Below are positions 37,217-49,879 of a stretch of 64,000 nucleotides of DNA, in pieces. The stretch spans positions 361,883 to 425,882 of the forward strand of contig NMRA01000059.1 of the NCBI GenBank assembly GCA_002633005.1. Reading direction: 5' to 3'. A program made the translations under genes and the position numbers. The first letter of the stretch is position 1. Each line of letters begins with the position of its first letter. The notes beneath the pieces were generated by a model, which saw nothing but the letters and a program-made list of their open reading frames with translations, made no database searches and was not told where the DNA came from. The DNA is from Phoronis australis. Taxonomy: Eukaryota > Animalia > Phoronida.

Positions 37217-40200
37217 GACAAGAGCAACGCGGAGTGTTGAAATGCGCCCACGAATGCATCGAAAATGTTGTGCTTTTAGAGTTATTTAATTGTTTCATAA
37301 AATGGCCACTAGATGGCGCAAAAATGTGCAATCCATCCAAAACGGGAACATGCCACATTTAATAAAAATCTGTCAAGGAACTTCAGAGAAACAAAGACAA
37401 ACAGAACAAAATGAAATTGCCACTTTTAGGCACAGCGTCCGTTCGATCCGCCTGTGATCTTCATATAAATTCACTAACTAAATTTAAAGGAGAATGCGAC
37501 CCAAAAAACAACCTATTTTGTATCAATTTAGATCGAGTGGTTCTACTCGATAACGGCACGTTCGGTTGCGTTACCTGACACCTGACGGTAGACGGAGGTG
37601 TTGAACTTATCCAATGACATAATTGGTTTCACACGCAGTCTGTTCAGTAGTTCACAATACGGGTTAGTGGTGTCATCTTATCGCTTGAATTCATCGTTTA
37701 ACACCAATAAATCATCAAACTGCGATGTAAAACCCTTAAAAATACATCGAGTTCTTATAAGAACGTGTTTTATTTCGCTGTTACGGATTTACTGGTATTT
37801 GGACATACCGTAGCCTACAAAGTTCGGTAGGCCAATTTACCAAGGTCCGTAGCAGGAGTTTGGTTTGTGTTCGGAGATAAATTCGAAGTATTCTTCCGTG
37901 AAATAAAGACAGGAGAACCTAGATACTGTGTTGTTTATACTTGTATTTTTGAGTACTAAAGACAAAAAACGCTTGTTATCCCCGGCCAGTGGCTCGGAAC
38001 CCGATCAGGCCTGTCGCGGCCGCCGGGACTGGTACGAACATAAACAAGCTAGTGGAAACTAAACCTCCAGTCACGAAAAGACTATAATAGTGAGCCAAAA
38101 AAATAATGTGCACGTATATCATTTATGTGAACTAGCCACGAAACTGAAAACCTACTTACTTGTCGGGGGCCGCGAAGTCGGGTTAACCGTCGACAGACCG
38201 TCAGGGCACTGGTTGTAACAATGATTTGAATAATGTATTTGTATTTCGAAATAAAGATTTCCCTTACGTGTGACCATAGCATATAAAATCGAGAATTGTT
38301 TCACAACAGCTTTCAGTCAGCAAACACTGAATTAGCATGCGCTCACACGACCTCGGTGGCCGGTCAATTGCCTTTTTTGCCGACATCAAAAGCCGGTAAC
38401 GCAGTGGTTTATTCATTGATGGCTTCTCAAATCATTTGCAATCACGAGCACTCAAGGAATGACAAATTGTATCTAATGAGACAGACTTTGTTCCAGTTTC
38501 ATACAAGCATTGGTTAGGATGAGAATAATTCATTTTGAAACAGAACGCAAAATAATAAACGTCTACATGGCAATTCGCCAGGCGCCAATCCCGACTTAGT
38601 CAAGAGATCATCCGACGAAGACTTCACTGGTCGGATTCACAGGCTATCAGGTCGAACCGGAATACACTGATCAAGAAATACTAGAGAGGCGCCGTGAACA
38701 TGCACAGGCAACGGAACGTATGGATAGTTCTTTGGTAAGCCGGAATTCGTCAGAGAAATCACTGTCGACGAAATGCCGGCCACAGACATGGAGATGTTTC
38801 ACGGCCTCATACTTGCTATTAACAGTGTACCTTTCGTTCTTCACTACCGTGAGCCACTTCCTAAGCTCTCGAGGAAGTCGAAAAAACGATATACACGCTT
38901 TCTTCGCAGCTTCATAGTTCGGAATGATGCAGCGCAATATAGCGGCATTCACTCTGCAGACGAACGACTGACGTCGCTGCGTCGTTTCTCACCTTCCTCA
39001 CAGGTTAACGCGACACCTCTCGGCAAGGTGAGGCCGACCGTATAAGAGGCGATGTGTATATAGACCGATTAACACGGTAAAAAAGACTAATTAAATCGGG
39101 TGGCATTCTACTTTAATAAAGATCATACAGTGGGTTTCGGAGAGCTATGGGCGCAATACAAAACAAAACAAAACTACCACTAGGAGACGCCACAGTAGTC
39201 AGTCGCCATCGTCAAACGTCCTCTTCACACTGAGAACATATACTCCAATTTTCAAAACCATCCCTTGAATGATTTGGTTGATCGAGGGGTGGACACCGAA
39301 AACAAGATTTGAAAACAGCAAAAATGTACACCAGGTGGCGCAAAATACCTAGATTCCATGCAAAAACAGGATGACAGCTTCATCTCACCAATAGATGTCT
39401 TGTATGTTCAAAATTTTATGAAAATCTGTCGAGGACCTTGGAAGATACAAACTGGTAAACATAAAAAACTAAAATCGCCACTAGGGTGAACACCAGTAGT
39501 CTAGTCAGATCCGTCTGAAAGTCGTCGTCGTCCATTGTCAACATCATATAAATACACTTGCTAAATTACGAAAAATCCTGCAAACGCTTTAATAGATACA
39601 TGAGCGCAAAAAACAAAACTGCCACTAGGAGGTACCAAAGTAGTCAGACTCGTTGGAAAATCATCATCAGCCGTCCACTTCATAGTAAAAACAGACATTC
39701 CAATTTTCACAATTATCCTGAAAGCAGGTTGGTTGGAAGACGAGTGGACACCAAAAAAACAGACTCGAAAACGGTAAAAATGGCCACTAGGTGGCGAAAG
39801 CTAGGTCGAATCCATCTAAAAACGGAGAGATAGTGTCACCTCCTTAACAGATACCTGTATGCCAAATTTTATGAAAATACGTTAAGGGCCTTTGAACATA
39901 CAGAGGTAAACGTAAAAAAATAAAATTGCCACTCCGTGGCACACCAGTAGTCAGATCCGTCTGAAAGTCGTCTTCCTCCGTTGCTAGCATCATATAAATA
40001 CACTTACTAAAGTTAGTAAAGATCCTGTGAACGGTTTAGGAGATACAGCCATAGGTCACTAGGAGGCGCCACAGTAATCGAAGTCGGAAAATCATCGTCA
40101 GCCGTCCACTTCATAGTAAGAACATACACGCCAATTTCCATAATCATCCTCAAAAACAGTAAAAAATGGCCACTAGGTCGCGCAAACTACGTCTAATCCA

Positions 40201-40532
40201 TTCGAAAACGGGAGGATAGTGTCATCTCACTAATATGTGCCAATATACCAAAATTTTATGAAAATCCGTTCAGGACTTTTTGAAGATCCAAAGGTAATTG
40301 TAAGAAATTAAAATTGTCACTAGGGGGCACACCGGTAGTTGAATCCGTCCGAAACTTCGCTCGTGCCGTCCCATCCAGGGAAGGAATACACGTGCAAAAT
40401 TTCATGAACATAAGTTAAGACTTTTTGGAGATAGAGCAGCGCACGCCGGACGCCACACGGACGAAGAGACGGACGGACGGACGGACGGAGATGACGGCGT
40501 AATGCGTATATAAATATGTGGGCGCATAAAAA
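37217..40532 (-). mobile_element. Helentron-associated (HINE/DINE-1-like) non-autonomous element with internal subrepeats of about 150 bp, interrupted by Kolobok copy 2
   Basis: Minus strand begins tttttatgcgcccac, then a (ccgt)n microsatellite at 40457-40490. It ends with the inverted subTIR gtgggcgcat, a short hairpin and ctcttgt at 37217-37251. Confidence 0.75.
37488..39112 (-). mobile_element. Non-autonomous Kolobok DNA transposon, copy 2
   Basis: TTAA at 37484-87 and 39113-16, same TIRs, THAP remnant 38671..38952 (ISFFRLPRELRKW...VCGRHF). Confidence 0.88.
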
Positions 40533-40579
40533 GAATATAAAAATGGATTAGGAGGCCTATTTTTCTAAAGATGGTGTTT

Positions 40580-40760
40580 TCGGTTTGTGAAATTGACAGA
40601 AGGCGCGCGTTGATTGGCTCTTTAACGTGAACCAAGACGGTGTTTATGAACAGAAGGCGTGCTTTGATTGGCTCTTTAACGTGAACCAAGACGGTGTTAT
40701 GTACACAAGGCGCGCACTGATTGGCTCCTTAACGTGAACCAAGACGGTGTTATGTACAGA
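40580..40760. repeat. 53-54 bp tandem repeat x3
   Basis: tgattggctctttaacgtgaaccaagacggtgtt. Confidence 0.9.
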
Positions 40761-41124
40761 AGTTTACAAGGAAATTTAGCCACCTTTCAGAAACCTTGGC
40801 TTTGTAAAAATCTGACAATCAATTTTGACCTGATTTCTGTGACCAGAAGTGTTGAGGCAGTGTTCTTCTGATTTTTACTAGTTTTTTTCAAGTACCCGGA
40901 TGCACTTCCGGTAATCGTAAAAGATGGAAAGTTGACTTTGGAACCAGTGGTAGTAGATTTTGTGCAAGGTCTTTGAAGTCTGTGCCCAGTATTTCCAACT
41001 TGAACGATTTTTTATTGAAAAAGAGGCGTTGTTTCTAAACTACATGTAATTCGGCATGTTTAGAACACGCATGATTTCACATTTGCGTTTTTCTATTGAT
41101 GCCGACGAGGTACTGTGTCCGAAT

Positions 41125-41350
41125 CAGTGCGCGCACCCGGGGGGGGGGCTCGGGGAGCTCGGGGGGCTCGAACGAGTCCCCCATTTGGCAAAGTGGGCAA
41201 AAAGGTCCGCTTCAGAGAAACAAAAATTCCTAGAAAACGAGACAAAAGTCCACTAAAAAGGCGCAGACGCACAGTTCACAGTTCTGTCAGCAAAAGGTTC
41301 ACATCGTCACATATTCGAGCCCCCCATATTGGAGGCTGGGTGCGCTCATG
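41125..41350 (+). mobile_element. Short MITE, fullest copy of the dispersed family
   Basis: Ends cagtgcgcgcaccc / gggtgcgctcatg with internal ggggctcgaa / ttcgagcccc inverted blocks. Confidence 0.7.
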
Positions 41351-42065
41351 TAATCAACGTGCAATGCACAACAATCATTTTTACAGGGTCACAGAAGTGT
41401 GCAAGTAATGAATACTGTTACGGTATTTTCAGGTTTTGTCCACCCTGTGTAACACAATGTTGCAGCTGACGCGACCTGTTTTTTCAAGCATAAACTCAGC
41501 AGAAAATGTTGAGTGGCACCACATGCAAAGAAATCCACGCTAAGGGGGTAAGAATTCTTGTCGTTTTAGTTATCGACAATCACAAGTCACACACCACGCA
41601 AAACCTCTGCAGGTCTTACCCCAACTGCTAACTAAACGTGATGTAAAGTACCCTTATAAGCACGCCACTTACTTGGTCGCCCTGTTTTCAGTGACAAGGC
41701 CGTAACAACTTGCACATAGAACACCCAGGAAGACCTGTGGTACCGATACCTGATTTCTGAACCTCCCTATCAATTTAATCCAAATGACTGTTATCATACG
41801 TACAAGACATCTTATGATAAGTGCCTGTGCAACAGTTTTCAACAAAAAATAACATTAAACTGGTGATCTTAATCCGCTTAAACCTATTTAAAGATAAAGT
41901 TTTTGCAATTTCAACGACTGAGATCAGCAGTCAATACTATTTTAAAAGTTTATTTAAACAATCATCTTGGGCTGTTTAGTTAACTCGTGAAAGACAAAAA
42001 TTCGCTATCTACATAATTTGGTGGCCCCCGCATCATTCCTGAATGAGGTCAGCTTGACAGAAATA

Positions 42066-42550
42066 TAGGGTGTCTCCAAATGGTTTAATTAGAAACCAAA
42101 TTTTTTGTATTTAAAAAATCCCCCGAGTTTCCTTTACAAGGCACGAAAATTTTACAAATGACTAACTGGAAGGAACCAACGTCCGCACTTTTTCACACTC
42201 AGCACAGCTCCACTGTTACAATCTGCACATGCTGCACAGAATAAGCACTTCTTATTCAACTATTTCATCCTATGTTCACATCGAACACATTTTCTATTGT
42301 GACAAACACAGCAACAATTCCGTAAGTTGTTCTCACATCAGCTTTAGTGAAAAATGCTCGATATCTGTACTGGAGTTGCTAAATAGCTAAATAGCGCCGT
42401 CGGATTTATTTCGTTTGTTTTCTAATTTCTACACACTTCAAAACAAACTTAAGCACTGTAGCAAAAATCATAACCACCCTAACCTTAATCCCTTAGATCT
42501 AGATAAAACGATATTTTAGAATAGTTCTGTTAATATTTTGGAACACCCTA
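42066..42550. mobile_element. Tc1/mariner-type MITE
   Basis: TA|tagggtgtctccaaa ... tttggaacacccta|TA. Confidence 0.65.
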
Positions 42551-43399
42551 TAAATGTATACCAAGAGGGTGCGGGACATCTGATAATGTACGATACAACG
42601 CAGCTATTTGTCAATAACTCGGAGTTAATGTAATCTGGTCTGACCACGGGTGCGTGGACCAGGATCAGTTTCCATTCCACTTTTGTGTGAATTCGAGATA
42701 AATGTCCACTATTCGATTCTCAATTACACTACGCGTGTGACGACCACTGCATTAAAGCTATTAGTTCGAGCCGGAACTCGAAATTTCGAGTTTTTACTCG
42801 AAATGTCGAGTTTTTACTTGAAATCTCTCACATTTATTGGAGTTCGAATCTAAGGGTCATCAATAGCACAGTTGCACTAGACGCTCTTCAGCATCAACCG
42901 TAACATATTCCAGAACAGAACACTAGACACTTAACTTGATTTCGCATTCAAAAAGAAGGTAAGAGGTCAAAAATAATCTTGAGTTTCATTTGAGTACAAA
43001 AGTATCTTTCTGCTGTTTCCCTTGTATGCTTCAGACCTCGGTGAAGTGGCAATACAAATGTGAGAACACCAGCTTCACTTCAGCCCCTCTGTTACCACCT
43101 AAGTCTGCTCTGAAATGGATGCTTGTTTTATCTCACTCCACCCCCAGTGAACACTCATTTTACCTCTTCCGCACCTCTGTTCACAACAGGGCTTGAGGGG
43201 GGGGGGGTCAAGACCAATGGAAACGTTGTCACACGGAAATAGCGACTGAGTCCCCCCCTTAGGGCATTTTTCGCCCGTCATGGCACTGCAGTATACAGAA
43301 ACTGTTGTTTCATGAGCTCTTACGGGTATCGCAAGGTCATTATAAGTTTGAACTCACATTTTTACTGCTATGATTTAAAACATGACGATCGCGCCGCAC

Positions 43400-45210
43400 A
43401 AATAAAAAAGTTCATGTTCAATTCAAAGTTTCGTCTTTTTATTAGACATCACCAGGATCCTATTTACAACAATTTAGGACAAGTGCCAACATACAGCTCG
43501 GGTAACATCCATAGAGTGAAGTGAGAGATACATAGAATATAGTCAGAAGCTGGTCATCACCATAGTTGCAGGGTCACTGAGCTCTGCATGTTATTCAGAG
43601 AATCAGTGGCATACTGGTTCTGAATGGCCAATGACTCTTTAATGTACAGTAACTTCTTATTAGGTTCTCTGCAGATAATACTAACAGAGTTGGCTTGGTG
43701 ATTGTTGCTAATACAATGCCTACATATGTTACTTTTCTCTGAGGTGTGATGTTCTTTCAACCTGTCACAGAGGTGTCACTGTGTGACTCCTGTATAGAAT
43801 TCCTTACAGTTGTCACATTCAACCTTATACACAACATTGCCATTGTTCAATAAAAGGATGGGTGACTTCAGTCTGCACAGCATATTGGAAAGTTTCCGAA
43901 GGGGTTTGAAAACAACTATCAGTTCAACTGCTGGGTCTATGCAATGTATAAGGCGAGATAATTGACGTTTCAATTTTATACTACTTGGCCCGGTGTCCAA
44001 TAACAGCTACCTTATCTGCCTCATTTATTTTTGAAAGAAAGTACCTTTTACAGCTATTCAGAAAATTCAGAGGGTAACCATTGGCACGCAATAACTGGAA
44101 AATCATAGCAACGTCACTATCAAAATTTAAATTGGTGGAACAGATTCTCCAGGCACGGTGTAACATGCAATTGACTAGACCTCTCTTGTATTGGATAGGC
44201 AAAAAGTGTCAAATTTAAGATAAAGCCCAGAAAAACTGGGCTTACGATACACAGATGTAACAACAGTGCTATTCTCACGTTTAACCAAGACATCTAGAAA
44301 AAGTAAACACGACTCGCGCTCAGATTCAATGGTGAAGTTGATGGACGGATGCATATTGTTCATTTGATTAAAAAAGGTGTTGACTGAGCTCTTGGACGAA
44401 AACACAACAAACATATCGTCCACATTCCTACGATAAAATTGTGGTTTACAATCCGGTGGACAACTAGCCAGAGCCTCAGTCTCGAGATTGCACATAAAAT
44501 ACTAGCTAACACTGGTCCCAGGGGTGAACCCATGGCTACTCCGTCAATCCGATCATAAAAGTTATCATCAACCAGAAAATGGTTCTGTTTAACAGCGATC
44601 GTGAGTAACTTACGTAATTGGTTAGGAGTCAGTTTTTGGACCTTGTCAGTATCAATATACAGCTTGTTTAGACACAATTCAATGACTTCATCCACGGGTA
44701 CATTAGTGAAGAGGCTGCAAACATATAGACTAAACATAAATGGTGCATCATAAGTGCACGGACTTCATTAACGAACTGAAAAGAATCGTATAAGTGTGTA
44801 GTCATTTTCACTGATAGGTTTGAGAATCTTAACTAGGAATTTGGCAAGCTCATGAGTGTATGTTCCGACATAGGACACAATAGGCCGCAGCGGTACACCA
44901 TCCTTGTGTGTCTTAGGGAGGCCGTACAGACGTGCTGGTTGTGTCCCGCATGTACTAAATGCGATTGTAAATGTCCTGGTCTAATGCACCTGTCCGTTTA
45001 AGATTATATAAACAATTCTGTAGGTGTTGTTCGCGCTTAGCTGCCGGGTCATGATCGAGCTTGACAAATTTCGAACTGTCATTAACGATGTCATGTAGCT
45101 TAGAGAGGTAGTCAGTCTTATCCATGATCACAATACCGTTGCCTTTGTCAGGACGCGCGATGGTGATGTCTTGACGTTGTGACAGGGAACGCAAAGCCTG
45201 GTACTCACCC
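43400..45210 (-). mobile_element. Penelope-like retroelement (decayed RT and GIY-YIG)
   Basis: Collinear fragments PDKGNGIVIMDK, SLFTNVP, GVAMGSPLGP, RNVDDMF, FLDV, VYRKPSFSG, VVYKVECDNCKEFYTG, IKESLAI. Decayed hammerhead (CTGgTGA-tgtct..agac-GAAAC) at 43424-43459. Confidence 0.93.
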
Positions 45211-45657
45211 TTTAACCTTTGACCTCGGATAAGTAGTTAACAAATACCCACGAGGTTGTGCGGTTCCAAGGTGGTTCTGTTAAATATTTTTTCTCGCTAC
45301 GCTGTTTTTATTTTGTATTTGAAGTTCCCCGAGAATGAAGATAAGGTATTTTACTAGACACATTTGAAATATTGTAAAAATGTCCCATGTTTGTGAATAA
45401 AATTTCCGTATTGCATATCATGTTCAGACACATACAATCCTGCCAATACCACACACGATTCTAGTGACGCACCATGTCCTGTCTCGTCAACATTTTGGTT
45501 ACCAATACATTACACATTTTATAGAATGCATATGGGCCTTTACATGCCGCCTCTTATGGACATCTTAAACTTGGGTATTTTCTGCATCACTTTGAGATAC
45601 AGACAAATGAAAATTTTGGTAGGCAGAATTCAAAGTTCAGCCAACATCTAAACAGCA

Positions 45658-45689
45658 CTAAACTGTTTCTAACGACGATTCCGTTTGAC
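45658..45689 (-). other. Displaced original C-terminus and stop codon of GPCR 47330..48319
   Basis: Removing Kolobok copy 3 restores CRRQL-SQTESSLETV-TAG tgctgttta, matching TAG tgctgttta after the paralog at 51525. Confidence 0.85.
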
Positions 45690-45693
45690 TTAA

Positions 45694-47355
45694 AGGAGCA
45701 TGCCACCCCAAAAACAACCTAATTTGTATCAATTTAGATCGAGTAGTTCTACTCCATAACGACACGTACGGTTGCGTTACCTGATACCTGACGGCAGACG
45801 GAGGTGTTGAAATTATCCAATGACGCCATCGGTTTCACACGCAGTCTGTTCAGCAGTTCACAACACGGGTTACTGGTGTCAGCTTATCGCTTGAAGTCAT
45901 CGTTTAACACCAATAAATCATTAAACTTCGATGTAAAACCCTTAAAAATACACCGAGTTCTTATAAAAACGTGTAATTTTATTTCGCTCTTACGGATTTA
46001 TTGGTATTTGGACACACCGTAATCTAAAGTTCGGCAGGCCAATAAGGTCCCTAGCAGGAGTTTGGGGTCTGTTCGGAGATAATTTCGAGGTATTTTTCAT
46101 GAGATACAGACAGGAGAACCTAGATCTGTGTTGTTTAGACTTATGTTTTTTGAGTTCTAAACACAAAACGCTTGTTATCCTTGCCAGTGGCTTGGAGCCC
46201 GATCAGGCCCGTCGCGGCCGGCCGGATTGACTCGTTTTCCCGGCCAGTGGCTCGGAAACTGATCAGACATCACGAACATAAACCAGCCATAGTTGGAAAC
46301 TAAACTTCCAGTCAAGAAAATACTATACTAGTGAGCCAAAGTAATGTGCACGTGATTATGTTGGTGAATTAGCCAAGAAACTGCAAATCTACTTACTCGT
46401 CGGGGGCCGCGAATTCAGGTTCCGCTTTGGCCACAGCACCGTCAGGGCAGAAGTTGTACATTGACAATCGTTATTTGAGTAATGTAAATGTAAATAATGA
46501 TTCCCCTAACACCTGGCCGGGGATTTAAATCGAGCTGTTTCACAACAGTTTCTGCCAGCAAACACTAAATTAGCATGAGCTCACACGGCCTCGGTGTCCC
46601 GTCAATCAGTTTTAGTGCACCTAAAGCCGGTAACGCAGTGATTTATTCATCGCTGAATTCTCAAATCATTTGCACTCACGAACACTCCAAAGGCATTACA
46701 AATTGCATCTAATGACACAGACTTTGTTTCAGTTTTATATAAGTATTGGTTAGGGTGAGAATAATTCATTTTGAAACAGAGCGCTCAGTAATAAACGCCA
46801 TATGGCAACCGTCGCAATCCCGACTTAGGACGAGCTAGAGTTCATCAGTCCTGACTTCGCAGGTGGATCGTTAAGTTTTACAGGCTATCAATTCGAACAC
46901 GAATACAGTGATGAGGAAATACTAGAGAGGCGCCGTGAACAAGCTCAGACAACGGAACGTATGGAGTTATTTGGTAAGCTGGCATTCCTCAGGCACTGTC
47001 TGCAGTCAGACACGGAGATGTTTCACGGACTCATATTTGCTATTTACAGCGTACATTTCATTCTTCACTACTATGAGCCACTTCCTAAGCATTTCGGACT
47101 TTCGAGGAAGTAAAAAAAACGATGTACCCGCTTTCCTCGCAGCTGCTTAGTTCGGACAAGCTGGAACGATGCACTGCAACATAGCGGCATTCACTCTGCA
47201 TATGAACCACTGACGTCGCTAGCGTCGTTTCTCACTTTCCTCACAGGTTAACGCGACACCTCTTGGTAAGGTAAGGTCGACCGTATGCGAGGCAATGTGG
47301 ATATAGACCGATTAAGAAGGCAAAAAAGACTAATTAAATCGGGTGGCATTCTCCT
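45694..47355 (-). mobile_element. Non-autonomous Kolobok DNA transposon, copy 3
   Basis: TTAA at 45690-93 and 47356-59, TIRs aggagcatgccaccc / gggtggcattctcct. Confidence 0.9.
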
Positions 47356-48319
47356 TTAATTGTCGTCTACAGATAGCACGGCATATAACTTTGGCGAGAT
47401 CCCGTCGAAAACGTGAACTTCCGAGGCAAAACACAAAACAGTTGATGCTATGATTCAAGATTAATAACAGATAAGACACTGGGGCGATTGTGTGTGTCTG
47501 TCCCGTCGACATGTCATAGAAGCCGCTTAAAAGAGTAATCGCATATGGAAGGTAGAACACTGTAAACATCACAGACGACAGCAGTAACATAACCGTTAGA
47601 TGGCGCTGTACTTTCAGTGATCGTGACGTTGCTTCCTGCCCAACAGTCAGCGATAGCCGCCATCTGGTGTTCACTAGTGTTAGCGATATGATACCAGTGT
47701 TCATGAAAACCAAACTGCCGAGTGGGATTAAACAACGAAGAAAAGCTTCCACGGTATTATAGGTCTTCGCTAAGGCTGCAGGTGGAGCGGAATACGCCGG
47801 ATAAAGGCAGTATGTTCTGTTTTCAGGAGCGGTGTCTTTAATGTAGAGTACATACGGTGTACAGACGACAAGGGACAAGACGCTAATAGTTGAGACAGCA
47901 AACACAGCTTTCCTCACAGTAAACCAGGATCTTGCTCTTAAAGGTATGGCCACAACGATGAAACGCTCGAACGTCATAACAAGCAGCGTCCAAACAGAAG
48001 CATACGAAAAAGCGTATGAAGAAAATTCAACAAGAGCACAAGTAAGATTTATCCAATGGATCGGAAATAGGGAATGTTCCACTGCAGTCGCTAGAACCCA
48101 GAACATATCCATTACACAAATGGATGAGAGGTAAAACGATGTAGAATGAGTCCTTGATGTCTTTTTTAATGTTATAACCGCTAACGTGTTTCCGATAACA
48201 GCCATCACAACTACAACATATTGAGCGTAATATACAACAGCGGAAACAACCAAGAATTCGTATGCCTCTTTTGCGTTTGCGTGAAATTGGCTAGAATTGT
48301 CGTCGCTATACAGAAGCAT
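47330..48319 (-). CDS. Intronless class A GPCR (FMRFamide/peptide receptor-like expansion), paralog 1, last 8 aa transposon-derived
   Basis: 329 aa, 7 hydrophobic segments, GN in TM1, D in TM2, ERF in place of DRY, YLP in TM6, NHSINC..FCLGSSRFR. Confidence 0.9.
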   Translation of the reverse strand: MLLYSDDNSSQFHANAKEAYEFLVVSAVVYYAQYVVVVMAVIGNTLAVITLKKTSRTHSTSFYLSSICVMDMFWVLATAVEHSLFPIHWINLTCALVEFSSYAFSYASVWTLLVMTFERFIVVAIPLRARSWFTVRKAVFAVSTISVLSLVVCTPYVLYIKDTAPENRTYCLYPAYSAPPAALAKTYNTVEAFLRCLIPLGSLVFMNTGIISLTLVNTRWRLSLTVGQEATSRSLKVQRHLTVMLLLSSVMFTVFYLPYAITLLSGFYDMSTGQTHTIAPVSYLLLILNHSINCFVFCLGSSRFRRDLAKVICRAICRRQLKENATRFN

Positions 48320-48473
48320 ATTCCCGTTTCAGTCGAACGCTAACCAAAACGTGCAAGAACAACGGTGGTTTTAACGTTTGTGGCTACACAACTGCCCGTT
48401 TCCGTTTTCATTGATTTGCGTGTTTGTCTTCCATTAGTCTATATTTTCAGCAAAAAGTAGCCCTTTTCTAGGA

Positions 48474-48512
48474 AAATGTCAAGTGAAACAGACGGAAACG
48501 CAAAAGTAAACA
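48474..48512 (-). promoter_or_regulatory. Conserved upstream module of the GPCR cluster (also 52669-52707, 54127-54164, 57261-57297)
   Basis: TCAA(G/A)TG-N19/20-GTAAACA lies about 145-190 bp upstream of each of the four ATGs. Confidence 0.6.
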
Positions 48513-49879
48513 CATTGAAGACAAAATGATTTTAATCGGAAAGTTTATGTCAATCTTTGGAGGCGTTGCCCTGTTACATTTTGAAAACTGAAATTGCGCT
48601 TGCTGCATTTTGAACGATCGGTGTACAGATTTCCAGTTCACTTTCACTTTGAAATTGAAGATCCAAATCTGGAATATTAAATTTGAACATTCAACAAAAA
48701 ACTGAAAATTGTATTTTGCTTGTCAATATTTTAGCAGGAGTTAGACATCCTGCCCACTAGGGCACACTGCTTGCTCCTGAATATTAAAAAGTTTGAACAT
48801 ACGTTTCGTAGGTAAAGTACGAGCCTTATTTTACGGACGTAAGCATGAAGCACAAATTGCGAACGCGCGCACGTGACCTACCTCGCTAACTGCCCATGGT
48901 CATATAATTACGTTTCTTATTTGTGAAGGTGGAAACTGCTTTTACCCCGTAATTCACGAGGAAATGTAAATTACCATTGCAGTTTCGACCTAGTAATCCT
49001 AGAGGAAATGTCTTTGTGAATGCTCATTTTGAAACGGCCGGTTTTGTTCTTGTTTCACAAGAAATCACATGTCGTGCATGTTGTGCTGCGTATTTTTCAA
49101 ACGTTTTTTGCAGGTGTGGATTTCTAGTGCATTTTTAGAGACTGATAGGAAGTGGGTCGGAAAAGCATACATAGGCCTACTGTTTACTGTGCTGTGCTAC
49201 AGACGCTAACTGAACTTCTTGGCTGCAAAGTAACGCAGCAGATAACTAAAGTCTATACTTCGCGTCAAGTCATTCTCTACACAAAAAACCACTAATCCTG
49301 CGAGATTCTTCGGCGTTGGATGCCATAATACTGAAATATATACTGAAGCCTATTTTCAGATTAAGACATACAACTTCAGTCCCCGCCTGCTCGATGTAGC
49401 GCAAAGCATCCTGTGGTGTGGACAATTAATCTTCCATCAGATTTTCGTCTAACTCTGTCAAATATGCCTTTTCAGGTTAATTACGTCTTCGCTCAGCTGC
49501 TTGTATTGAGTTTGTGACACTCAGTAAGTACGTCAAAGCGTTCATTCAACCTTTAATTTTCTTTTTCCGACAAATCTGTGCAACAAGAAATCATCGAGAA
49601 TGGTATTGAAAGCCATAGCGCTTAATCTCTCGCGCTTTTAGGGTTAAGTTATCACTCAATTCTTGACAGTATCTTCAGCTCTGTGGGATTTGGCCTCATT
49701 TTTTGTACGCCTCTAAAGCTTTCTTCATGTCCTCGAGCCATGATTCAAGGTTTTGGTTCACTCTTGTACTAGGTGCCAGTGTACACTCTTCTGGTGTAAT
49801 AACTTGCTGTATGCGGAAAATTGAATTGGGTCATGTCCCACATAACTTTCAAAAATACAGTTCAAACGTCCCCAATTTC

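Noticed and set aside
32548-39112. Copies 1 and 2 as long terminal direct repeats of one composite element
   Set aside because: Each has its own TTAA pair and copy 2 is nested in an older repeat
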